Below are positions 38,111-46,436 of a stretch of 64,000 nt of DNA, one piece after another. Within the stretch, counting starts at the first letter, position 1. Every line of letters begins with the position of its first letter. The notes below the pieces were generated by a model. That model was given only the letters and a program-made list of their open reading frames with translations. It was not told the origin of the DNA and did no database searches. The DNA is from an uncultured Spirochaetaceae bacterium (lineage in GTDB: Bacteria; Spirochaetota; Spirochaetia; Sphaerochaetales; Sphaerochaetaceae), in assembly GCA_964524755.1 (NCBI GenBank), contig CAZGDR010000001.1, positions 39,708-103,707 of the forward strand, given 5' to 3'. The position numbers were made by a program, and so were the translations under genes.

Positions 38111-39493
38111 CCCCCGTTCGACCTCCACAAAGCGGACTAACTGATTCTGGAAACCTATATTGATAATCCCAGTTTCGCCATTTCTCTGCTTGGCTAATAT
38201 TATTTTAGTGTCCTGAACCGGAAAGCCCTGCACAATCTGCGGTGTGGCTCCATTTTGGTGTTTATTGGTGTGGTCGGTCATATCTGCCAAGCGATCACGG
38301 TGTAACAAGATAACTACGTCTGCATCCTGCTCGACTGAGCCTGAATCACGGAGGTTGGCAAGGTTCGGTTCTTTCCCTTCAGCATCTCGGGAAACCTGAG
38401 AGAGGGCCACAATTGGAATTTGCAATTCTCGCGATAAGGCTTTCAGAGAGCGGGAGATTTCAGCAACTTGCTCGTGACGTGGTACGTTTGGATTAGCTTC
38501 TGGATTAATAAGCCCAATATAATCGATAAAGAGAATCTTTATATCCTGTTCCCGCTTCATCCGTCGGGCTTGGCTACGTAAATCTAGTAATTTAATATTA
38601 GGGGTATCTTGGATATATAATTTACCTTCATAAATACGACTGGCGGCATCAACAATACTCACCATATCCTGACTACGCAAAACAGCTGAACGAATACGTT
38701 TAGAATCGACTCGCGCTTCAGCAGACAAAATCCTCTCCATAATCGCCATGCTGGTCATTTCTGCAGAGAAGAAGCCAGTCGGAACTTTCTGGTGGATGGC
38801 TATATTAATCGCCATAGAGATAGCAAAAGCAGTTTTCCCAACTGAAGGGCGAGCCCCAATAACTACAAATTCAGAGGGTTGAAAACCTCCTGTCATTTCG
38901 TCTAGTTGATGAAATCCAGTTTTGACGCCATCTTTATTCCCATGTTTCACCCGATGCATGAGGCGTTCCACGGTATCATTAACTAAGACTGAACTCTCTC
39001 GATATTTGTCGGTAAACGTTCCGCTGGATGATTGTAGCTCACTCATTTTGCGTTCATTTTCATCCATAACGGAGGCAATGTCTTGAGATTCATCAAAGAC
39101 ATCTTCCCTCATCTTACCGCTCAATTCTAAGAGTGCTCTCCGCATACTATGAGAGCGCACAATCTTAGCATAATAGACAGCATTGGCGGTGGTAGGGACA
39201 TCACTTGTGAGGGAGACAACATAGGCCATACCACCACAGAGATCTAGGAGGTTTTTCGACCGCAAGTGTTCTGTGATGGTTATAAGATCAATTGTTTGAG
39301 AGCTGTGTTCCTGATGGAAAGAGAGAATGGCATCAAACAAAACCTGATGACCTGGTTTATAGAAGTCCTCCTTACGTAAGACCTCTGTAACCACGCTGAA
39401 GGCATTTTGGCTCAGCATAACTGCCCCCAAAACTGCCCTTTCAGCATCATCATTATGTGGAGGGACTCGTCCACCCGATAAAGCAGATGCCAT
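38099..39493 (-). CDS. dnaB: Replicative DNA helicase
   Basis: PPHNDDAERAVLGA N-terminus, Walker A GARPSVGKTAF, IDYIGLI and LSQVSR. Confidence 0.95.
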   Translation of the reverse strand: MASALSGGRVPPHNDDAERAVLGAVMLSQNAFSVVTEVLRKEDFYKPGHQVLFDAILSFHQEHSSQTIDLITITEHLRSKNLLDLCGGMAYVVSLTSDVPTTANAVYYAKIVRSHSMRRALLELSGKMREDVFDESQDIASVMDENERKMSELQSSSGTFTDKYRESSVLVNDTVERLMHRVKHGNKDGVKTGFHQLDEMTGGFQPSEFVVIGARPSVGKTAFAISMAINIAIHQKVPTGFFSAEMTSMAIMERILSAEARVDSKRIRSAVLRSQDMVSIVDAASRIYEGKLYIQDTPNIKLLDLRSQARRMKREQDIKILFIDYIGLINPEANPNVPRHEQVAEISRSLKALSRELQIPIVALSQVSRDAEGKEPNLANLRDSGSVEQDADVVILLHRDRLADMTDHTNKHQNGATPQIVQGFPVQDTKIILAKQRNGETGIINIGFQNQLVRFVEVERGSGP

Positions 39494-39501
39494 ATCTGAA
39501 A

Positions 39502-40131
39502 CTACTCCTTGTCGTCTTCGTCAAGTTCATCCTCTTCAACGCCTTCGGCGCCGTAGACTTCTTCCTCGATCTCCTCGACAACTTCCTCTTCTTCAACAAC
39601 CGCTTCTTTTTTCTTTTCAGCCGCTGCTTTACGAGCAGCAACTTTTTCTGCAGCAGCCTTTTCAGCTTCCTGCTTTTTAACAGCTGTCTCACTAACTACT
39701 TCAACAGTGACTTGTGCATTCTCACCTTCATACAAGCGGATATTAACCTCATACGTACCAACCATTTTAATGGTATGAGAAAGTACTTCAATCCGTTTGC
39801 GCTCTATTTCAATGCCTTGTTTCATCAATGCATCCTGTACCATAGAGTTGGTGACTGAGCCAAACAATTTACCCGATTCTCCAGCAGAGACTGTCAAAGT
39901 AATCGTCATAGCATCAAGTCTGTCTTTCAGACTAGCAGCAGCTAGGCGTTTCTCTTCTTTTCGTTTTTCAATTATGGCTGCCTTGCTCACAAAAATAGCT
40001 TGGTTAGCCTTATTGAACAATACAGCTTGACCTCTGGGAAGCAGGAAGTTACGGGCGTACCCTCTTTTTACCTCTACGACATCCCCTTCTTCTCCGAGGT
40101 TAAAAACATCCTGATTCAATATAACTTTCAT
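39502..40131 (-). CDS. rplI: 50S ribosomal protein L9 with ~60-aa charged C-terminal extension
   Basis: MKVILNQDVFNLGEEGDVVEVKRGYARNFLLP is canonical L9. The tail is A/K/E-rich and then strongly acidic. Confidence 0.92.
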   Translation of the reverse strand: MKVILNQDVFNLGEEGDVVEVKRGYARNFLLPRGQAVLFNKANQAIFVSKAAIIEKRKEEKRLAAASLKDRLDAMTITLTVSAGESGKLFGSVTNSMVQDALMKQGIEIERKRIEVLSHTIKMVGTYEVNIRLYEGENAQVTVEVVSETAVKKQEAEKAAAEKVAARKAAAEKKKEAVVEEEEVVEEIEEEVYGAEGVEEDELDEDDKE

Positions 40132-40144
40132 AGAATGTATCTCC

Positions 40145-41095
40145 TTATCTATTCTTTCTATAATCGATCCACGTCTCTGATACTCCTAATAATGGGAGGC
40201 CCACCAACGGAATCAAGTTCACCCCTGGCAGTACTGCCAAAAGGAACGATAGGACAAAAATCCTTGTTGAGTTAATTCCAGGAAACTTCCTGCGAATTAC
40301 TGCTGCGAGAATCGAAACACCCTGCACCATAAAGAGCAGAGATACGGTTAACGCAATGTTCCACCCAACGCTTTCTAAAAATGGTATATCGCCTACCAGA
40401 GTCACTAATACTATAGTCCAACTTCCAAGAAAAATCCAAACACTACTCTCTGGAAGCTTCCACCGGGTCATCCTTTCTTGGTAAGTCGGATCAGACCGAT
40501 GAATCAGAAGTTCACTTAACAAAATTGAAAAGCCAAACTGTCCAAAAAATATCGGTAAAAATCCTATTTTCAGTATAGCTACCACTGCATCAAACAATGT
40601 GTGAGCAGTCATACCTAAGGGTAATCCTTCGCCAAAAGCCGCCGGAATTAGCGCTTCTACCATTTGCTGGTAGATTGCAGCTGTAGCAAGAGCTGACGGT
40701 GATCCATTGGAAAACCATAATACAAGACTAAAGCCTGCGATAGCAGCGAACGCAGAAGAGGCCATTAATTTCTTAAGCATCTTCATCTTGTCCAGCCTAA
40801 TCCAAATTCCGGTTCCAATCAGCAATGAAGTCGGTAAGTATAATCCGACCAGCACTGCTCCCATCCCCGAAACTTCACGCATAAATTCTTTAAGCAAAAC
40901 CATTTGGTAACCAAGTAATAATACAAATACCACACCTACCGGTGCAAGGGCCCAATAACTTGGTTTAAACCTAGGAGCAAAGAACAGCAAGGGGACAATA
41001 AATAGTGTTGAGGCAGCTGCTATACGATACAAAACCAAAGAAAGTACTACCGCTAAAACACCCACCCGCACCATTGTCATGGTTTGCCGTTCCAT
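40145..41095 (-). CDS. Polytopic membrane protein, YybS/DUF2232-like
   Basis: 316 aa with ~8 TM helices. The position between rpsR and rplI mirrors the Firmicute rpsR-yybS-(gdpP)-rplI-dnaC synteny. Confidence 0.5.
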   Translation of the reverse strand: MERQTMTMVRVGVLAVVLSLVLYRIAAASTLFIVPLLFFAPRFKPSYWALAPVGVVFVLLLGYQMVLLKEFMREVSGMGAVLVGLYLPTSLLIGTGIWIRLDKMKMLKKLMASSAFAAIAGFSLVLWFSNGSPSALATAAIYQQMVEALIPAAFGEGLPLGMTAHTLFDAVVAILKIGFLPIFFGQFGFSILLSELLIHRSDPTYQERMTRWKLPESSVWIFLGSWTIVLVTLVGDIPFLESVGWNIALTVSLLFMVQGVSILAAVIRRKFPGINSTRIFVLSFLLAVLPGVNLIPLVGLPLLGVSETWIDYRKNR

Positions 41096-41106
41096 ATCAT
41101 CCCCAA

Positions 41107-41406
41107 CTATTTGCGATCAAACGGTAAGTAAGCCAATACTCTTGCCCGCTTAATCTCAGTTGTCAAAGCTCGCTGATGTTTTGCGCAGTTACCGGTAATC
41201 CGGCTGGGTAATATCTTGCCTCTTTCAGTCACATACCGACGTAGTAAATCGGGGTTTTTATAATCAGCTACTAAATTTTGGGTGCAAAACTTACAAACTT
41301 TCTTTCTGAAGGGACCACCCCGTCTTCCTCCAAAACGTCGGTCTCGGGAATAACCTCCCCGTCCACCGCTCGAATCGCTGCTACTCGTATCTCTATCATC
41401 ACGCAT
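41107..41406 (-). CDS. rpsR: 30S ribosomal protein S18
   Basis: [36 protein letters not shown], preceded by an R/G-rich N-terminal extension. Confidence 0.95.
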   Translation of the reverse strand: MRDDRDTSSSDSSGGRGGYSRDRRFGGRRGGPFRKKVCKFCTQNLVADYKNPDLLRRYVTERGKILPSRITGNCAKHQRALTTEIKRARVLAYLPFDRK

Positions 41407-41433
41407 ATTTTTTTACTCCTCTATTTCTTATGA

Positions 41434-41907
41434 TTAAAACGGAATATCATCATCGAATTGTTCCGGTCCTGGGAATCCACTCGGTGCCACTGGCGCTCGA
41501 TTGGTTTCCTGTGGCCTATAGCTTTCCTGGGTCTTATTACTCTGCCTACTTGTTGAGCCAGAATCAGATGAAGCGGAAGATCCGCCTCCCAGCAACTGAA
41601 TGTTGTTAGCTACGACCTCAATTCGACTACGACTCTGTCCGTCCTGTTCCCATCGGTTCTGACGCAATTCACCTTCGACGCTGACTTGTTTCCCTTTTGT
41701 TAAGTAAGGATTCAGCACCTCAGCAAATTTGCCCCAAACAACGATATCGAAAAAACTCACCTCTTCCTCGCGCTGATCTCCAGACCTCTTCATACGGTTC
41801 ACAGCTATGGAAAATTTGCTTACAGCAGTACCACTGCTGGTGAATCTTAACTCGCTATCGCGCGTAAGACGGCCGATGAGCACTACAATATTGGTGTCAT
41901 TTGCCAT
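41434..41907 (-). CDS. ssb: Single-stranded DNA-binding protein
   Basis: OB fold (NIVVLIGRLTRDSELRF), a G/S/Q-rich linker and the acidic tip DDDIPF. Confidence 0.95.
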   Translation of the reverse strand: MANDTNIVVLIGRLTRDSELRFTSSGTAVSKFSIAVNRMKRSGDQREEEVSFFDIVVWGKFAEVLNPYLTKGKQVSVEGELRQNRWEQDGQSRSRIEVVANNIQLLGGGSSASSDSGSTSRQSNKTQESYRPQETNRAPVAPSGFPGPEQFDDDIPF

Positions 41908-41930
41908 AAATTCTACTCCAGTTGTTAGAC

Positions 41931-42212
41931 TTAATTGTCTTTTAGTACGAACAAAAATTTCAATACAGGGTTCATTAATTTAAAAGAATTATTGAAATTG
42001 TTGATGACGGAAGGATCGGCATTTATTTCCAAGTAGAAATAATGACCTTTGTCGTGTTTCTGAATAGGATAGGCTAAATTCCGGATTCCCATATCATCTT
42101 GCTTGGCTATCTCGACCTGAGCGGCTTTGAATTCCGCGAGAATCAGTTCAAGACCTTTGGCCGTCACTTCTTCATTTGCATCGAAGATGACGGTAAATTC
42201 ATATTTACGCAT
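41931..42212 (-). CDS. rpsF: 30S ribosomal protein S6
   Basis: MRKYEFTVIF N-terminus, 93 aa, first gene of the rpsF-ssb-rpsR cluster. Confidence 0.9.
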   Translation of the reverse strand: MRKYEFTVIFDANEEVTAKGLELILAEFKAAQVEIAKQDDMGIRNLAYPIQKHDKGHYFYLEINADPSVINNFNNSFKLMNPVLKFLFVLKDN

Positions 42213-42266
42213 AGTTCCTCCTTACGGACTATATGATCCACGTAGTGTGGATAAAGAGGTCAAAGT

Positions 42267-42296
42267 ACCCTATCACAACATTTTCTAGTGTGTCAA
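42267..42296 (-). promoter_or_regulatory. Possible rpsF promoter (TTGACA-18-TAGGGT with TGn extension)
   Basis: The minus strand reads TTGACAcactagaaaatgttgTGaTAGGGT. The -35 is perfect and the -10 is weak but has an extended TG. Confidence 0.35.
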
Positions 42297-42319
42297 GATA
42301 ACTAGGGTACAGAATACGA

Positions 42320-42342
42320 AACCGCCGGAGAAGCCGGCGGTT
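42320..42342 (-). terminator. Hairpin terminator after the bS22-like micro-ORF
   Basis: AACCGCCGGcttctCCGGCGGTT on the minus strand: a 9-bp GC-rich stem followed by TCGTATTCT. It lies 26 nt past the stop codon. Confidence 0.6.
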
Positions 42343-42368
42343 CTACTTTAAAGATTGCAAGACAGCAA

Positions 42369-42461
42369 CTATTTCTTATTCTTGTGTCTATTCTTTCTGA
42401 GTTTTTTCTTTCTCTTATGTGTAGCAATCTTATGTCTTTTCTTTTTTCTTCCACAAGGCAT
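42369..42461 (-). CDS. 30-aa highly basic peptide, bS22 (mS38/AURKAIP1-like) ribosomal protein candidate
   Basis: Not in the ORF track (<60 aa). Minus-strand ATG at 42461 to TAG at 42369-42371 encodes MPCGRKKKRHKIATHKRKKKLRKNRHKNKK. AAGGAG lies 7 nt upstream. It has its own promoter and terminator. Confidence 0.7.
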   Translation of the reverse strand: MPCGRKKKRHKIATHKRKKKLRKNRHKNKK

Positions 42462-42513
42462 AATTGGACTCCTTATCTAATAAATTATTTCATTCAAACT
42501 ACATCACCGCGTT

Positions 42514-42542
42514 ATTATGAGCTGTATGAGTGGTTACGTCAA
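42514..42542 (-). promoter_or_regulatory. Sigma70-like promoter for the micro-ORF (TTGACG-17-CATAAT)
   Basis: Minus-strand TTGACG (42542-42537), a 17-nt spacer, and CATAAT (42519-42514), about 50 nt upstream of the ATG. Confidence 0.55.
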
Positions 42543-42758
42543 GGGGGGTGAGTAATTAAACAATCCTTCTTGTAAATTAATGTAGGCACACGCCAAAAGA
42601 ATCACTAGTAGAACCAATTTTAACATAGCTTTTAGTACACGGTAAAAATAAATACAGATGTCTTTCTTTTTATGTTTTGTATACCTATGCAGCTTTTATT
42701 AAATATACATCACCTTTAGTATTTTGAAACTCTCTCATTATAGTAGTTTATGTTTTTT

Positions 42759-43778
42759 CTATAATAGATAATCGCCATCTTGTATCCACCTTTTTTTTCT
42801 CATAATTTGAGAGATTAAAAAAGACAGGAGGGCAGGAAGCATAAAATGGAGTAACACTATTTTCCACCAAGATTCTATTTTCATAACTGCAATAGTATTT
42901 ATTTGTCCCACTAATCCGCTTGTTCCCATCCCAGCACCGGGAGCATTATTTTTCATTTGAAAGATGGTGGTTGCAAATGGACCAAGCACTGCCGCCGTAA
43001 GTGTTGGAGGTATCCAAATACGCCAATTTTTAACAATATTGGGCATCTGAATCATAGAAGTTCCCAGTCCTTGACTGATAAGACCACCCACCCCATTTTC
43101 TTTATACCCAGAACAAGCAAAGCCTATCATCTGAGAACAACATCCAACTGTAGCAGCTCCAGCAGCGAGTCCACTTATACCAAGTGAAATACAAATAGCA
43201 GCGCTGCTTATGGGAAGAGTAAGTACCATTCCCACAACTACGGAAACCATAATCCCCATAGGAATTGGATAGAGAGTCGTAAGGTGGTTAATCAGAGCAC
43301 CAACAGCATTCATGAGCGCCGCCACCACTGGTGATAAAAAGAACCCGGTAATAGAACCCGCCACAATAACGAAGAGAGGAATAAGAATGATGTCGACCTT
43401 TGTCTTATTCGCAATTCTTTTTCCTACTTCAGCACCGACAAGGGAAGCTATCAACGCTCCTACCGGTTCTCCTATGATGACTTTAGAAAAAAGAGACGTC
43501 TCGAAAACAAAGGTACCTGCTCCAACCGCTCCAACGATCGCTGAAGCAAATATAGCCAAAGGAGGAGCTCCCACCGAAAGGGCGACGCCAACCCCAATGG
43601 CTGGACCCATCATGTATTGAGCAATTTGGCCTAATTGAATGATTATTGATACATCGAGATAGAGTCCTACTTGCTTAATGATTAATCCTATAATCAAGCT
43701 AGCAAAGAGACCTTGTGCCATACCATTTAAAACTTTTACAACGTATGCAGATATGCTATTAGCTGGTTGTTCCCTCAC
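42759..43778 (-). CDS. PTS EIIC-like membrane permease (PTS_EIIC_2-type), orphan
   Basis: 339 aa, ~10 TM helices, Gly/Ala-rich. The N-terminus VLNGMAQGLFASLIIGLIIKQ resembles stand-alone EIIC_2 proteins. GTG start after AAGGAGGA. No EIIA, EIIB, HPr or EI gene is nearby. Confidence 0.5.
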   Translation of the reverse strand: MREQPANSISAYVVKVLNGMAQGLFASLIIGLIIKQVGLYLDVSIIIQLGQIAQYMMGPAIGVGVALSVGAPPLAIFASAIVGAVGAGTFVFETSLFSKVIIGEPVGALIASLVGAEVGKRIANKTKVDIILIPLFVIVAGSITGFFLSPVVAALMNAVGALINHLTTLYPIPMGIMVSVVVGMVLTLPISSAAICISLGISGLAAGAATVGCCSQMIGFACSGYKENGVGGLISQGLGTSMIQMPNIVKNWRIWIPPTLTAAVLGPFATTIFQMKNNAPGAGMGTSGLVGQINTIAVMKIESWWKIVLLHFMLPALLSFLISQIMRKKRWIQDGDYLL

Positions 43779-44043
43779 CCTCTCCTCCTTGTTTTTCGTA
43801 TGTAGGACATCAGGATGGCTCCAACCATCTTAACCTGCAGCCCCTCTCCTTGCCTGAAACAAACATAGTAAAATCGGGATAATTTGTACAGAGGAGTTAT
43901 CAAGTTATATTCTCGACGGTATAACATATTTATCAGATACAGCTAGTAACGAGAAGAGACGTATGACAAGGGGAGAGAGATTTTAGATAATTAGTTGCAA
44001 CAATCTTGCCCTAGTTCGTTGCAAATAGTACACTATACACACG

Positions 44044-45351
44044 ATGCGCGTATTAATATTTGGATTAGGTATACTAGGTGGTGGATTCGCAGCTGCAAGC
44101 TATTTCCTCGATCGAGGACATGAACTGCGTATCACTGACTTACGTTCCGAAAAAGAACTCGGAGAACCTCTGGAACTTTTAAAAAAACGGGGAGCGACAG
44201 CTATTTGCCAAACTCATCGAGAAGAAGATTTTGAGTGGGCAGATCTTGTAATAAAGAACCCTGCGATACCTCCAGATCACCCCCTTTTAGCCTCAGCTAA
44301 AGAGATTGCAACCGATATCTCTTGTCTACTCACCTCCCCGCTCATTCGCTCAATACCTATTGTTGTAGTTACTGGCACTAAAGGAAAAACAACCACAGTC
44401 GCAGCCGTTACCCATGCCCTAAACTCTCTAGACCGAGAAGCTATTCAGTTTGGTAATATGGGAATTAGTGGATTTTCAGTGCTCTCTGAACTAGAAAAAA
44501 GGAAAGAAAAAAAACAGAAATTACCAAAGTACCTAATTTGTGAGTTATCTTCTTGGCAAATACGGGACTTTTATGGCATTTCAGGCAACCCTTTACCCCG
44601 CTTCAAAACTGTCGTCCTGACCTCCCTATTCCCTGATCACCTGAATAAGTACAACGATTTTAAAGCTTATAAAGAAGATAAATGGCTCCTCTTTAATACC
44701 GTTGCAGCGAGAATGATAGTTCCTGAAAAAGTGTATGAAGAGGTGAAAACTAGCGTTTCAATTAAGCCGCGAAATATTAGATCCATAGAGAGCTTTGTTG
44801 GAGTCGAAAAACAGACTCCACGCTTACAGCCAGCATGGGCAGTGTGCCGCAATCTGGGATTGGGAACTAAACAAATCACACATGCTTTTAACACCTTTCG
44901 AGGCGTCCCTCATCGTCAAGAGCCTTTAGGAATTAAAAATGATATTTTATTTATCAATGATTCAGCAGCTACAATTCCTGAAGCAGTAAACTTCACGTGT
45001 ACCAATTCGCCTTGGAATTTCCATCTTATTGGAGGGGGTACTGATAAGAATTTACAAGCCGAGGGGATGTTAGCAGCCCTGCATGTAGCAGTGAGCATTC
45101 ATCTCCTTGCTGGCAGCTTCACCACCAACAAACTCATTCCACTGCTTGAAAAAGAGGGAATTCCCTATTCTGGGCCTTTTTCTTCGATGCAAGATGCTGT
45201 TAATTCTGCTTATGAGCAAGCTACATTAGATGTAACGGCAAAGAAAACTGTGGCTGTGATACTTTCCCCTGGAGCGGCTTCTTTTGGTATGTTCAAACAT
45301 GAATTTGATCGCGGTGATCAGTTCCGAGATAGTGTCAATAACTTGAAATAG
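44044..45351 (+). CDS. murD: UDP-N-acetylmuramoylalanine--D-glutamate ligase (Mur ligase family)
   Basis: Rossmann N-terminus VLIFGLGILGG, Mur ligase P-loop VTGTKGKTTT and a C-terminal Mur domain. No Shine-Dalgarno sequence; TATACA lies 5 nt before the ATG. Confidence 0.8.
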   Translation: MRVLIFGLGILGGGFAAASYFLDRGHELRITDLRSEKELGEPLELLKKRGATAICQTHREEDFEWADLVIKNPAIPPDHPLLASAKEIATDISCLLTSPLIRSIPIVVVTGTKGKTTTVAAVTHALNSLDREAIQFGNMGISGFSVLSELEKRKEKKQKLPKYLICELSSWQIRDFYGISGNPLPRFKTVVLTSLFPDHLNKYNDFKAYKEDKWLLFNTVAARMIVPEKVYEEVKTSVSIKPRNIRSIESFVGVEKQTPRLQPAWAVCRNLGLGTKQITHAFNTFRGVPHRQEPLGIKNDILFINDSAATIPEAVNFTCTNSPWNFHLIGGGTDKNLQAEGMLAALHVAVSIHLLAGSFTTNKLIPLLEKEGIPYSGPFSSMQDAVNSAYEQATLDVTAKKTVAVILSPGAASFGMFKHEFDRGDQFRDSVNNLK

Positions 45352-46431
45352 TTATTCGTCTTTCGAGACGGAATACTGTTGTGACATGCGTAGTGGATAC
45401 CTGCGCCGTTGAAGTGTAAACCGTTTGTGCTCCACCCACGCATAGAGCAGTCTGAAAAGAGGTTTATAGATGTAATCTAGAGAACGATGGCGATAGGAAA
45501 CATATCCCCCAAAGGCTCGTTTAAACAATCGTAGTCCCTCTAAGTGGGATCCACGTTGTTCTGGACCACTGATACCATAGAAATCATAGATCTGGCAACC
45601 ATGGTCACAAGCCTTTTCAATAGCATAATCTTGCAAGAGATAAGAGGGAGAACACCCATCTATGCGTAGAGAGGCTCCATATAAATAGGTAGAAACGGCA
45701 GAACTTTCTATAATCAGCGCTCCACCTAGAACTGATTGGTCAAGATAGGCCAGATATAAATAGGAGGCGATATCGGGAGCATCGATGGTGAGAAACTTCT
45801 TTATGTAGGCTGCAGGACGAGCTGTAAAACCATCCCTTTTAGCGGTTTCAATATAGACAGAATACCAAGCCTGAAAGGTTTCTTGTTTTCCATCCCAAGG
45901 TTTTATCACGATATCTTTTGATTTTGCTTTTCTCACGTTGCGCCGAGCCCGCTCTCGGTACCGCAACCTAACGGCATCATAGCCTGGTGTTAAATCGATG
46001 CGTGCAGTTCCTTCTGGCTGTACAGATTCGCGACACATGCGTATATTACGGCCTACTATAGGGTCAACCTGTTCTTCATCAGGCGGTCCCCAAGGTAAAT
46101 CAAAACGGATAAAAGCGACCCCTTTAGGGAGTAGTGGACGAATAGCACGGGAGAAGTCTCGGATTAACTGAGCGGGTTCTCCACTGTATGCATCAATTTC
46201 GGGGCCAAAAGGGATGTAGGCTAGCCGTGCGCCCAAAAATAGACGGCGCACTAGCACTAACACCACTGACGCATAGTCTTGGTCCCCTTCAGCCGCTAAA
46301 GCTGTAAAGCGAAAAGCGAAAGGATGCCAGTTGGAAGCCCGTTTTGCTTGTGCCCATAATTGGCTTTGGAACGGATTCCAGGTTGCATCGAGTTGATCTA
46401 GACCCACCCTTTCGACTTTTAGATTACTCAT
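45352..46431 (-). CDS. FemAB-family peptidoglycan cross-bridge peptidyltransferase
   Basis: 359 aa with FQSQLWAQAK, LYLAYLD..GGALI and YLYGAS, typical of FemX/FemAB GNAT-like tandem folds. It sits 5 nt downstream of metG. Confidence 0.65.
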   Translation of the reverse strand: MSNLKVERVGLDQLDATWNPFQSQLWAQAKRASNWHPFAFRFTALAAEGDQDYASVVLVLVRRLFLGARLAYIPFGPEIDAYSGEPAQLIRDFSRAIRPLLPKGVAFIRFDLPWGPPDEEQVDPIVGRNIRMCRESVQPEGTARIDLTPGYDAVRLRYRERARRNVRKAKSKDIVIKPWDGKQETFQAWYSVYIETAKRDGFTARPAAYIKKFLTIDAPDIASYLYLAYLDQSVLGGALIIESSAVSTYLYGASLRIDGCSPSYLLQDYAIEKACDHGCQIYDFYGISGPEQRGSHLEGLRLFKRAFGGYVSYRHRSLDYIYKPLFRLLYAWVEHKRFTLQRRRYPLRMSQQYSVSKDE

Positions 46432-46436
46432 ATAAA

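Noticed and set aside
39453-39858. Two long ORFs (79 aa minus, 133 aa plus) and an apparent AAG/GAA-rich repeat.
   Set aside because: They are produced by the low-complexity K/E/A-coding tail of rplI read in other frames. This is not a tandem repeat element or a separate gene.
43796-43860. A partial resemblance of TCAGGCAAGGAGAG to the 3' conserved CTCAGGCAAAAGGAC of glycine riboswitches.
   Set aside because: The obligatory upstream GGAGAG...CCGAAGGGGCAA core is absent and the downstream gene is not glycine-related. I therefore report it only as an unclassified structured leader.
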